A stretch of DNA of 64,000 nt from Trypanosoma brucei (Eukaryota): contig CP000071.1 of assembly GCA_000002445.1 (NCBI GenBank), forward strand, positions 1,472,001-1,536,000. The letters run 5' to 3'. The position numbers and the translations under genes are program-made. The notes beneath the pieces are model-generated. The model did not search any database, had not been told where the DNA came from, and saw only the letters and a list, made by a program, of their open reading frames with translations. This document shows positions 19,897 through 30,732 of the stretch, one piece after another. The number at the start of each line of letters is the position of its first letter. Within the stretch, counting starts at the first letter, position 1.

Positions 19897-22137
19897 ATGG
19901 GTGCCTGTGTTTCAGATGGAAGCAAGCAGAAGCCCGACTTCGTAAATGTAGGTGGCCAGAGTGGTCCCTTTGCGCCAGTGACGGATCATATAGTGGGGAA
20001 CACCAACGGTCCTGCAACAGTGCCGCAGGTGAACAAAAAGTCTGCACCGACGGTGAAGGAACCCACTCTTCCGAGGATTAGGGTTTTTACGGAGGTGGAT
20101 GATTCTGAGGCCAACAATATCGACCTCGTCCCTGGTAGCGGTTGCAGTGTTGTGAAGGGCAAGTACCGAATGACGCCCATAGTAGCATTCAAACCTTTCG
20201 CCGCTAGGCGCTTGCGGGAGCGAGCTGTCAAGGTAATTCGAGGCAGTTACTACTCTGAAGAGGCCCATGAGGAGCCACCGCAAGCGTGTGCGGTGACAAG
20301 TTGCCCATTTGGCGATGAGGAAAAGGAGGGTGCGAGTGGTACCAAAAAATGCAATCAACCGGAGTTTTCATTCGCTCTGGATACGTCGACTGATACGGAA
20401 GAGGGGCTTTCGTCTGGCTGCGACACAAGTGCTTCACCGCGCGACCGGTCTTTGGCAATGTGTGGTGGAGAGAAGGGATGCAGGAACGAGCCGGCTGATG
20501 AGTGCACACCAAACAGGAGAGGCTCCCTGCCCAGTGGAGTGGGTGGTGACGGCCCACAGTCACATAAGAAGGGAATAGATGTTGTTGATAAGTTAAATAC
20601 TCCTGGAACTGCCCGGTCAGTCAATGCGATAACTACAGAGCCGAAGTCCACACCACGATTGAGCCGCGAGGACTTGATTCTTCTTGGTTCAAAACGCTTG
20701 AAAAAGCGTGTGGAAGACCTGCGGCTGATTGAGCACCAAATGAAGGATGACGGTAATTGCCAATTTCGTGCAATCTCACATCAAATATTTGGCTCTCAGG
20801 AGTACCATGAGCTTGTTCGGGTGCACGTGGTGACGTACATGAAGAGCGTTCGGGATTCGTTCGATTGCTTCCTCGGGACTACTGAGGACGCCGATCACTA
20901 TTATGCCGATATGCTCAAGAATGGGACATGGGGTGACGAGCTCACACTACGCGCTGCAAGTGATAGCCTTTTCATCAATATTCACATCCTTTCGTCGGAA
21001 GAGCAAAACTATTATATTACTTATAACCCTAGCCCAGATGCACCCACTCCCCCGGCATTTTTAGTTGACGTTGCAACGATGCGGCAGGATCGACAAGAGG
21101 CTTTCTCGACTTCAGTGGCTTCGGTTTGTGTCTCACCTTCTCTCAGTGCACGTGGTAGCTGGAATGGAGGCGGTGGAAAAAAATCTCTGGCTACACCGCG
21201 GGGCCCTGTGGATCAACTTGGCTTGGCAGGGATAAATAGGAACTTTCGACCTATCCACGAGGAGGTTAACGTTGTTGAGCTACAGCGGGAGGTACAGCGC
21301 AAACTGGCTGCAAGTACAATTCGGAATACCACTTTGCCGGTACCCGAACCCCTGTTACCTTTCAAGGCTGTTATTGAGCAGAATGTAGTGGTTCCACCAA
21401 CAGCGGCACCGCAGCCGAAGCCAACTTTTGTTGACGCGCCGAAGAGCCCTGTGAAAACTGTCAGGATTGAATTGTCGCCGCGCGAGGTGTCTTTTAATGC
21501 AAAAAATACAAGCGTGATCTTCGTGTGTGCAAGGAAGAAGCCCCGACGGAAACGGACGAGCCGAGGCAGGTCGAAGACTCGCGGCGGCAGAATAGTTGGT
21601 CTTCCAAAGAGGCACCCAATAATGAGACCAATTTCCTTTTCCTCGTCACCAATAACGGCACGGAGAAGGCCAAGGTGTAGGTCGGCGTTAGTGCGAAATC
21701 TTTCGCCAAGGCGAAGCAAAAAGTTGCGCTCCAAGTCGAGTGCGATGCCAGCGTCTCTTCAGCTCCCTCCTTTCGCTTCTCCGTCTGAGAGTCCCGTTAA
21801 TCCCCGTCTCTCTTCTCCTGAACCCGCTCCCGTCATCGAGTTACCAGGTACCGCAAGCTTTATTTTAGTTTCTCCACGGTCATCTGATAGCGATATGGTG
21901 AAGCGTCTGTCACTGGGAAGCGCGTCTGTGCCGCACTCCAGCCCGCCACCGCGTTCAGCCGTTTGTGAAGGAAGTGCCTCACCGAAGGTAAGTGTTAGTC
22001 CATCTGAGAAGGAGGAGTTGGAGTCGTGTTTTTTGTCGGAGGCTCCCAATGCGCCCATTGATATTTTTCTTTCATACCTCTCCCCTGTTCATTACAACGC
22101 GCTGAGCGTGGATACAATCTCGAGACCTGTTGAATAA
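19897..22137 (+). CDS. OTU-domain cysteine protease (putative deubiquitinase), with an N-terminal acylation motif and a C-terminal basic Arg/Ser-rich low-complexity tail.
   Basis: Canonical OTU Cys box DGNCQFRAISHQIFG. Downstream HYYADMLKNGTWGDELTLRAASDSLFINIHIL (His box region). N-terminus MGACVS. Residues about 540-610 rich in R, K, S and P. Confidence 0.78.
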   Translation: MGACVSDGSKQKPDFVNVGGQSGPFAPVTDHIVGNTNGPATVPQVNKKSAPTVKEPTLPRIRVFTEVDDSEANNIDLVPGSGCSVVKGKYRMTPIVAFKPFAARRLRERAVKVIRGSYYSEEAHEEPPQACAVTSCPFGDEEKEGASGTKKCNQPEFSFALDTSTDTEEGLSSGCDTSASPRDRSLAMCGGEKGCRNEPADECTPNRRGSLPSGVGGDGPQSHKKGIDVVDKLNTPGTARSVNAITTEPKSTPRLSREDLILLGSKRLKKRVEDLRLIEHQMKDDGNCQFRAISHQIFGSQEYHELVRVHVVTYMKSVRDSFDCFLGTTEDADHYYADMLKNGTWGDELTLRAASDSLFINIHILSSEEQNYYITYNPSPDAPTPPAFLVDVATMRQDRQEAFSTSVASVCVSPSLSARGSWNGGGGKKSLATPRGPVDQLGLAGINRNFRPIHEEVNVVELQREVQRKLAASTIRNTTLPVPEPLLPFKAVIEQNVVVPPTAAPQPKPTFVDAPKSPVKTVRIELSPREVSFNAKNTSVIFVCARKKPRRKRTSRGRSKTRGGRIVGLPKRHPIMRPISFSSSPITARRRPRCRSALVRNLSPRRSKKLRSKSSAMPASLQLPPFASPSESPVNPRLSSPEPAPVIELPGTASFILVSPRSSDSDMVKRLSLGSASVPHSSPPPRSAVCEGSASPKVSVSPSEKEELESCFLSEAPNAPIDIFLSYLSPVHYNALSVDTISRPVE

Positions 22138-23995
22138 AGGCACTGAAGAGCGGTGAGCTAAGAGAAAAGGAGTGCACACACATTTATATGCCTATGTTCC
22201 CCTTACGATTGTTGCTCTTGTGTGTACTCGTGTACCCCCATTCCAGTGCACGTAATTTTTTTGTTTTTAAAATTCTATTCCTGTTTTTTTCTTGCTGTTT
22301 TTACCCCTTCGTTTCCTTTTCTGAATTGAGTGCCCCGGTCGTTGGTTCCGTACCATATGGAAGTCCAGGCCGTGACACATTTGTTGGGTTTGACCTCACC
22401 ACTATCCTTTTCATTCGTCATTCGTTTGTTCGGTCCGTGAGTTTTCGCTGCCTTCTCTCCTTATTCTTCCCCCTTTTATCTTCTTTTTCCGTTTCTTACT
22501 ATTATTGTTACTTATCATTATTATTTCTGCCATATTGATTCGTCTTGTTTCCTCCCCTCCTCGGTAATTGGTAGCGGGGATCGGGGGTGGGGAAGGAAGT
22601 GTATATAATTCATGGGACTGGATGGTGAGGAAAAGAAAAGAAGGGGAGAGAAATCCGTGTACTTATCCGTACAGTTGGAAAAGGGGTATGTGCTGAGTTG
22701 AACCTTGTTTCTTCTTTTCTTTTTTTTTGTTTTCGAAACGAAGTGTGGATGTGTATTGGTTTGGTCGCGAGAACGGGATGCATGGACCGCCTTATTGTTA
22801 TTGTTATTATTCTCCCACTCGCTCTTTGCATATATATATATATATGAGCGCACATGTATTTTGCTTGAATGTAAATAAAAATATGTCAACATGCCGACGG
22901 CACAGTGCCATCACTGGAATAACTTCTGCCAGATGCGTGTGACGGTGGCTTTGCGCCGCGAGGAAAATATGAGGAAAGTAACGTTGCCGGTATGAGGGGC
23001 GATATACAACATGTTTAACAGCAACACGAAGGACGAATCTGTTGAATGTGAATTTACTGCTTTAAGGTATTTTAATGGACGCATCCGTGGCGTGTGCTAC
23101 TTCCTCTCGTTTTGCCTTTGGAAACTGCTTCCAGGAAAAATGGTGTGCATACGTACCCTGCTAACCGTATATAAGCAACAAATGTATTTTCTCTGATGTG
23201 TGCGGCTGCGTACACGTGAACACGAAGCTCTGTTTTCATTACCATTTTTTCCCCCTTTTCCCCTTTCCACTTTTTTTGATTTTTGTTTTTTACTAATTAT
23301 GTTACCCGGCGTTATGCCTATGTTTTCTTTCGTTTTTAGCTTTTTTCTCCTGATTCCGCGTTGTGCTGCTTTTCTCACACTCCTGCTCAATAGTAGCATT
23401 GCTCAGTTGAAGTGTGTGGCCTCGCAGCTGGCGACAGTCATATTACCCCTTCTGGTTACTTCGGTTTTTCTTGTACGTCCCCTGCATCATTCTTTTATCT
23501 CCATTTCTTTTCTGTCTTTTTTGTTTTGCCCCCATTTATGAGGGACTAAAAAAAAAAACGATGTGATACTTTTGTGTGAGTTACACGTATTGCTTAACTT
23601 GGTTCCTTTCACCATTGACATGGTTACTGTTGCTGCGTGCGCTGGTGTTGCCAGAACTGTTTAAAAATTATTAAAACTGTGGCTGAGCGTACCGGTTGGG
23701 TGCAGGGGGAAGAGAGTTTCCGGCCGTTCGTAATGCAGGAGTGGTTCGAGTATGTATTGACACATACAAAAATGTTGGGTAGACATAAAGAGCTGCAAAT
23801 GAGCGTATCTGCTGAAAAATTACTTTCCTCACTCCCATGTTTAATCCTTTTCGTAATTAAATAAGCGCGCCCGCACAGGTACGACCACACACCGGTGAAG
23901 GAGGAAAAAAAGACAACGACAACAACAACAACATCATTATCATTATCATTATCATTAGTATCAAAGAGGAGGAAGCAGAAGAAGCTACCGCGGCG

Positions 23996-24565
23996 ATGGG
24001 ACAATCCAAAACGAAGCTGCAAGTCGTCATGTGCGGGCTAGATAACAGTGGGAAAACTACAATTATTAACCAAGTGAAACCAGCACAGTCATCTAGCAAG
24101 CATATCACTGCCACTGTAGGATACAATGTTGAAACTTTCGAAAAGGGTCGTGTGGCCTTCACCGTCTTTGACATGGGTGGTGCGAAGAAGTTCCGCGGGT
24201 TGTGGGAGACATACTACGACAATATTGATGCGGTCATATTTGTTGTAGATAGCAGCGACCACTTGCGGCTTTGCGTAGTGAAGTCGGAGATTCAGGCCAT
24301 GCTCAAGCACGAGGACATCAGACGTGAGCTACCGGGTGGCGGTCGGGTGCCGTTTCTATTTTTTGCCAATAAAATGGATGCTGCCGGTGCCAAAACGGCC
24401 GCGGAACTTGTGGAAATTTTGGATCTTACGACTCTGATGGGGGACCATCCGTTTGTTATATTTGCCTCGAATGCACTGAAAGGAACAGGTGTGCACGAAG
24501 GTTTCAGTTGGCTTCAGGAGACTGCGTCGCGACAGAGTGGCAAAGCTGGGACGAAGAGGGGCTGA
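23996..24565 (+). CDS. ARL6: ARF-like small GTPase ARL6 (BBS3).
   Basis: 189 aa. [16 protein letters not shown] (P-loop), [34 protein letters not shown] (switch II, DxxG), FANKMD (NKxD). By-eye similarity to human ARL6 runs throughout ([53 protein letters not shown]). Gly2 is present. Confidence 0.82.
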   Translation: [189 protein letters not shown]

Positions 24566-25533
24566 AAGCACAGCCACCGTTGGTAACCATTTCCTTTGCT
24601 CTTTTTTTTTGTTGATGTTGTTAACACTGCTGCCGCAGATTCTGTATACACGACCATTAGTTCAGCGGCAACTGTGGGTTTAATAGCTGCATGTGGATCA
24701 GGGTACTAGTGATTTTTTGGCGTGGGGGGGGAAGGAGTGGACCTTTGTTGGTGTTTTTTTTTTTAGGGGTGAAAAGTATTTTACTCACTCAAGTACCTAA
24801 ACTTCGCTGCGGTAGTCCGTGCTGTGAGCAGGTCCTTTGACACATGCCCCGCCTTTCACACAACATCATTTCTGCTTATTTGTGCACGGGTTCTCTCTTC
24901 TTCAACCTCGCCTCGTGTAGGGCTCCGTCATCCAAACTGTAGAAGGAATGCCAAATGTGTTCCCATGGGCACGTGTAGTATATGCATCACAGAAAAGTTT
25001 GTACTACTTTGGCTCTTTTTTGATTTGTCCTTCACTCCTTCAGCCGTGGGGATAGGTCACTTTCACGTACCGGATCTCATGATTCTGCTTTTTTTTTTTT
25101 CCTTTTTCAATTTGATGACGTTGTAGCGATGGTCCTTCAAACGCTTTCACTTTGTGCCTTTTTAAGCCTTGACTGCTTGGAAGGCAGAAGTGTAAAGAGT
25201 AATATCGGCAGCAGATGCGGCTACTGAGGTTGACTATCCCCGTATTTCTGGTTAGGGTTTACAAGCTGGGGACCTTAATCTCATTGTCACTCGCTTGTTT
25301 CTTTTGTAGTGTGACGGCTTGGTGATTTCATGTTCGTTCCTCCTCCCCCTTCTCCAATCTGTCTTCAATGCGACCCCCGTTTTTTATCGCAACTGTTTGA
25401 GTCACGACCCTCTTCTTGATAACATGGCGCACCCTTCTGTGCCTCACATCAGCTGTTAAGATGGACCTTTTGCCTGCATGTAAATTATCACCTCTCTAAA
25501 GGACTCGAAACCTCGCAAGAGTAGAAGGGGGTT

Positions 25534-25926
25534 ATGACGGAGGCGCAAATGGATAAGAGCAGCAAAAACTCCAACGGCAACAACAGGCATCGTTCACCGG
25601 CGCAGGAGCAAGGACAGAAGCAGCGAGGCCGACTTCAAAGGAAGGCTCAGGAGGCCGCCCCCAAAGTTTCAGAGGAGAAGCCCCATCCGTTTATTGGCCA
25701 GGAACTTCGTGTCGTGCTTGAAGATCAACGTGTTATTGTGGGAACACTCATTGCCTACTTGGGTCTCGGGGATTTGCTTTTGCAGGACGCCTTGGAAGAG
25801 CGCCGTTACGCTGATGGGGAATTGAACCACCGGCAACTTCGTTTGATAGCAATACCTTTCAAGCACGTGACGGCGATGCACCGGCGGCGCCCGGGAAATA
25901 CTCCCATCGCGCAGGTCGGGGCTTGA
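25534..25926 (+). CDS. Sm-like (LSm-fold) protein with a basic/Gln-rich N-terminal extension. Possibly a NAA38/LSMD1-type protein.
   Basis: Sm1-like segment FIGQELRVVLEDQRVIVGTLIAYLGLGDLLLQDALEER and Sm2-like segment RQLRLIAIPFKHVTAM. 130 aa. ATG start. Coding bias present. Confidence 0.45.
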   Translation: MTEAQMDKSSKNSNGNNRHRSPAQEQGQKQRGRLQRKAQEAAPKVSEEKPHPFIGQELRVVLEDQRVIVGTLIAYLGLGDLLLQDALEERRYADGELNHRQLRLIAIPFKHVTAMHRRRPGNTPIAQVGA

Positions 25927-26757
25927 GGTATTGGATGGGAACAGTTGTCCATAAAAGTTGCAGGAAGAGGAAAAACAGTGCTCTAAGGGAACCGGATGGC
26001 ACAAAAGGCAAAAAAAAAAAGTAACGGAAAAAAAAGCAAGCTAAATGGGCGGGTATTTGAAGTGTGGATGGACCGTACGTGTATGTGCGTTTTTTTTTTT
26101 CGTTCGTTATGGCGAGCGGGTGAGAAGACATTAACGCCAGGTGGCATTTTGTGAACGGGATTGGGGTGGATGGGAGTGTTCGTGCGTTTGTGGAGCGGCA
26201 GGTGGCAAACCGTACAGCTGATTAAGCGCGGATCGTCAAGAAAGGGCGAAAAATTGTGTACCCCTGCGGTCCAACTCGGCTTCCACCACCGCAAGGCCTC
26301 TGTTATGGAGTAGCTGCAGTTTTTGAAAAGAAGTAATTTAACGAAAACGATGTGGAAGCGGGTGACCCGTGAAAGAAGGGAAGGGAAAGGGTGGTGGTGG
26401 TGACTTTATGCTGTTTGTTCCGATGTAGCTGCGTCCCACAGCCTTCACTCCCTGCTTTTCCCTCTTCATTCTCATTTTCTTCCGGAGCATTATTGCGTAC
26501 CCGCTCATGCGCTGAAGGAAGTGCCCCGGTGTCCGTGTGCTTCTGTTTGCAGCGACTGACGTCAACAGGAGCGAAGGAAGTGTGAACATTTTCGCCCCCT
26601 TGATTTGTAATGTGTATGAGTGTCAGCACAATGTTGGGTGAAGGGGGAAAACAAATTCTGCACCACAACTACCACTATATTTCTCTCCGCGTGGCGAAAA
26701 GGAAGTTCAAGAAACGAAGCGTCAGTAGCGATAATTGCGGTGACACGGGTGGCGGAA

Positions 26758-28545
26758 ATGCTTACTCTGGCTATCATATGTGTCAGCTCCGCGGCAGTTG
26801 CCGCTGCTTGTGCAGTTTGGTGGTTCCTTGGCACAATTCCCCTTGCCGCACTGCTCGTTTTGTATGCTTGCATGGCAAACCAGCTCTTCAGGGCGTGTCT
26901 TATGTCGGGCCCGAAGACATCACGCCAGGTACCACCAACGCCCATTGCGCCCTGCCAACGTCTCTCGGCTGTGCAACTCAGCAAGGCTTACAGGGAGGGT
27001 GTGTTGAGTTGCGAAGAGGTGACGCGCACATATATTGAGCATATTAAACGTGTTAACCCTTATATTAACGCTATGGTTTTTGAGTGTTTTGACGAAGCCA
27101 TTGCCGCCGCAGTGCAAGCTGACAAGGTTTGGGCCAAATGGCGTGCTAACCGCGGTAATGCGGAACCAAGTTGGCTTTTGGGAGTCCCGTGTACCATCAA
27201 AGAATCGATGTCAGTCACCGGTTGTCCGAACGCCAGCGGCCTGCCACAGAGGCGTCACATCATCTCACGCATGGATAGCCCAGTAGTGAAGAACTTCCGT
27301 GACGCCGGCGCTGTTATTCTTGGCGTAACAAACACGAGTGAACTCTGCATGTGGTACGAGAGCTCTAACTACGTCTATGGTATATCATGCAATCCATACG
27401 ACACCAGGTGCATTGTGGGTGGAAGCAGCGGCGGAGAGGGAGCCTCCGCCGGTGCCGTGTTCTCAACCTTCAGTTTGGGAAGTGATATCGGGGGCTCTAT
27501 ACGTATGCCAGCATTCTTCAATGGTGTCTTTGGCCACAAGGCGAGTCCACACTACATATCTAACCGGGGGCAACATCCCGCTCCAGTTGCGTCTACGAAT
27601 CACTACATGTCCACAGGGCCCATTAGCCGCTTTGCCGAAGATCTTGAGCCGCTTTGTCGGGTGGCCGCCCGCGGTGGGTTTCTTGAGGATGAAAAGAAGT
27701 TTCCACCGCGCCCACCACTTCGGCGGCTCCCCTGCATTGACGCGAGGAAGTCACTGCGGGTCTTTATCCTGGAAGACTTTGGCACCGTTTTGGCCCGTAC
27801 TTCGACGACTCAACTTGAGATTGTGAGGGAAGTGGGGCAGTATTTGGAGGAGCAATTCGGTGCCTTGGTGACATATGTGAACTTGCATACATGGAAGTGT
27901 TCTGGCGGAGGGGAGATATTGAAAGTGTTTAGGCCATTTTCGAAGAGTCTACGTTTGTGGTTGGGGGCTATGAGTAACGACAAGGAAGAGGTGGTGTTTA
28001 CAGATCTCATGGCAGAAGGTATGACCAGCTTCAGCCCATTGAAGGAAATATTTCTGTGGGTGATAGGACGTTCTCAGCACACACTTCCAGCCTTGAGCCT
28101 CACTGTGGTCGATGCAGTTCTGCAACATTTCCCAAAGTGGGGGCCTATGGGTACGGCAAATGATACCGTGCGGGAATTCAAGAAGTCTCTGGAGGAGTTG
28201 CTGAACGGTGATGGTGTCATCATTTCCCCAACGTTTCCCCGTGCCGCGCCGCGTCACCACCGGCCCATCTTTTCACCTTTCGACTTTCAGTACACCGCAG
28301 CCTTTAATGTGCTTCGGATGCCGGTGACATGTGTTCCCATTTGGCAAAAGGAGCTTCGTGGTGACATGAGGGTTCCAACAGTAGAGGAGGCAAAAGAACT
28401 TGCCGCTTCCGCGGACTACCACCTGCCGAAGGGAGTTCAAATCGCGTCCCGGGAAGGCAATGACGAACTGAGCCTCGCTGTGGCTCAGGTACTTGAGACT
28501 GCTTTCGGCGGCTATAAGTACCCTGGCTGGGCTATTCTCGAGTAA
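26758..28545 (+). CDS. Amidase-signature family enzyme, fatty-acid amide hydrolase (FAAH)-like, with an N-terminal transmembrane anchor. First ATG used; the track start near 26620 is GTG.
   Basis: GGSSGGEGASAG and GSDIGGSIRMPA match the FAAH Ser-cisSer-Lys signature (GGSSGGEGALIG and GTDIGGSIRFPS in FAAH1). Upstream CTIKESMS carries the catalytic Lys. The N-terminus MLTLAIICVSSAAVAAACAVWWFLGTIPLAALLVLYA is hydrophobic. Confidence 0.78.
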   Translation: MLTLAIICVSSAAVAAACAVWWFLGTIPLAALLVLYACMANQLFRACLMSGPKTSRQVPPTPIAPCQRLSAVQLSKAYREGVLSCEEVTRTYIEHIKRVNPYINAMVFECFDEAIAAAVQADKVWAKWRANRGNAEPSWLLGVPCTIKESMSVTGCPNASGLPQRRHIISRMDSPVVKNFRDAGAVILGVTNTSELCMWYESSNYVYGISCNPYDTRCIVGGSSGGEGASAGAVFSTFSLGSDIGGSIRMPAFFNGVFGHKASPHYISNRGQHPAPVASTNHYMSTGPISRFAEDLEPLCRVAARGGFLEDEKKFPPRPPLRRLPCIDARKSLRVFILEDFGTVLARTSTTQLEIVREVGQYLEEQFGALVTYVNLHTWKCSGGGEILKVFRPFSKSLRLWLGAMSNDKEEVVFTDLMAEGMTSFSPLKEIFLWVIGRSQHTLPALSLTVVDAVLQHFPKWGPMGTANDTVREFKKSLEELLNGDGVIISPTFPRAAPRHHRPIFSPFDFQYTAAFNVLRMPVTCVPIWQKELRGDMRVPTVEEAKELAASADYHLPKGVQIASREGNDELSLAVAQVLETAFGGYKYPGWAILE

Positions 28546-30627
28546 CCATGACACAATAGGAGCCTCCGGTCCGTGAAAACAGTGAAAGTAAAAAAAGGGG
28601 GGCATGCAACTATAAACTAAGTACACTATTGGGCTGGTAGAAGGAAAATCGAATGAATACACCAGTTTCTGGAAAATAAAGGGGGGGGGGATAAATCAAT
28701 CAGCTAATGAGTGCTGGTATAAGCAAACAAGTACGTATCCAAGCATGCAACATATACACTATATATACACATATATAAGTCGTACGTTCGCGAGTGGTTG
28801 GGGCTGGGGACTCACAGAATAATCCCACTCATGTCCACTGAATAGGTGTTTTCACGTATCTACACCATGTAGTTTAATAATTGCAGGTTCAATTAGCAGT
28901 ATCTGACTCACCTCCGTGGCAGGAGGGAAGAACTCCTACAATTTACTGCGTGTCGGATCACTTCGACTTCGTACGATGCGTTCTGGTCTGCGGGACATTT
29001 CGGGTGAAGGGGGTGTGCATGTGTAAAACTGAATAAACTTATTTTGTTTTCAAAGGCTTTATATGTTTTTTTCCCCCTTCGCTGTGGCTGCACGGAACCC
29101 GGTCAAGGAGAGGGTGACTGCCACAGTGAAACGCAACATGTGCGCGCATATATGTGCTCATCGGTATGGAGAAACTTTGGTAGAGGGTGCTGGTCGTCGT
29201 TTACTCGGCGGTGTCAGCTTTCCGCTTTCCTTTCCGACTTTCTTGTACTCGGTTATCGTTTTGTTTTTTTGCTTTGGTGTGCTATTGCTTCTTTTTTTGC
29301 TTTCTATTTGCACAAGAACGACGTTTTTTTTTTTTTTACATTTATCTCATCTTATTCAATATTTCCGTGTGTTATCCTGGTGAAGGCGCGGATCTGTTTT
29401 TTTTTCTACCTCCCCGCCGGCTGCAGCTGAAAATGTCGTTACCGGGTTACAGGGCGTTATGGTGGCACGTTGTTGTACTTGATCCTATTGTTTTTGTACG
29501 TGTTTCTGCGAAACGGGAGAGATGTGGAGAAAAGGTGGTGAAGTAGAGGAAATGGAAGGATTAGAAGCGAAAAAGATGCATGTGCGTATTTTGTGGTGGA
29601 TCCCATGGTTACTGCGGATGTCGCTTACTTTTTCCATTGTTTCTTTTGTGTTCATTTCATATTTCCATTTAAAATTTCGTTCTCTCACTTTGTTGCACCA
29701 AACACTGTCCCATATACCCGCAAATGGCGGACGGCTTTTGTTGTTTAGTTAGGTTCGGCCCTTTCTTTCTTCTTTTTCGTTTTTTATGTTTTTTTTTGTT
29801 GCGTGTGAAGGCCTTTTCCGCCTCTGTCTGAACCACACACCATTGACGACGCAACCTCGCGTCAGCACTGACTGAGCGACTGACTGGTTGGTTACTTCGG
29901 GGAAAATGTTTGATTTCTGTCGTTTCCTCGCGTGTTAGCTGTTTTCTCTTCTTTCAAGTGCTGAAGCAAGCGCAATCGTATATTCGCAAAAGGCAACAGG
30001 TGTTGTGAGTTGGCGCCCCCCTCCCGTCACGGCAATAATTGAGGCCGCATTTGGTTTAGAGCTGGACTGAAGCAGTAAAAAAAAAAAATTAGGCGGTGTG
30101 CTGACCACTCAGTGAAAGAGTAAGGAAGGGCGGGGGGGGGGGGTGGGGAGACAACGCTGAGCCTGCATAGCTATTTTTGTGTGTTGTAAGAAGAAAGCGG
30201 AGGGAAGAAATTGTAACTTATCAATAACCTTAACAACAAGGGCAAAAGAAAGAAAGAGGGAGGGTGGGACACACAACGTTGAGTAAGGGACCGGTGAATA
30301 ACAGAGGAGTGGCGATTACGACTTGGGAGTACTTTGAAGCCATAGCGGTGACATTCGTATATATATATAAATTTTTTTTTTGAGCTGCTACTGTAGAGGT
30401 ACCAGAGTAACGATCCGCTTTATTTATTCATTCTCGTTTGTAGCCGGTGTTTAGGAAGGATTAGAACCTGTTGCAGTCGTTAACTGCGATTAGCGGGTAG
30501 GCGAATAGTCCCGAAAGGCACTGCGTGGTGGAGCCGAGGCTGACGACACCGGGAGGAGGCTGAAGCACTGGAAATTGACGAAGTGTGCTCCCTGAAGACC
30601 GGTTACAGAACTATTGGCTGTGACTAA

Positions 30628-30672
30628 TTTTTCTTCGGTTTTTTTTTGTTTTCTTCACGACTCCGTCCGTAG
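30628..30672 (+). promoter_or_regulatory. Polypyrimidine tract plus AG, the predicted trans-splice acceptor region upstream of the RPA1 gene.
   Basis: tttttcttcggtttttttttgttttcttcac followed by ctccgtccgtAG, 60-100 nt upstream of ATG 30733. A second short CT tract and AG lie at 30691-30707. Confidence 0.5.
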
Positions 30673-30732
30673 CGGCGTATTTCACGTACATATCCTCCTC
30701 TACTTAGGAACCCACTTTCACGCACAACTCCC

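Noticed and set aside
26758-28545. Amidase as GatA (Glu-tRNA-Gln amidotransferase subunit A).
   Set aside because: The signature reads GGSSGGEGASAG (FAAH-type, with Glu-Gly) and not the GatA-type GGSSGGSAAAVA. An N-terminal transmembrane helix is present and the protein is about 100 aa longer than GatA.
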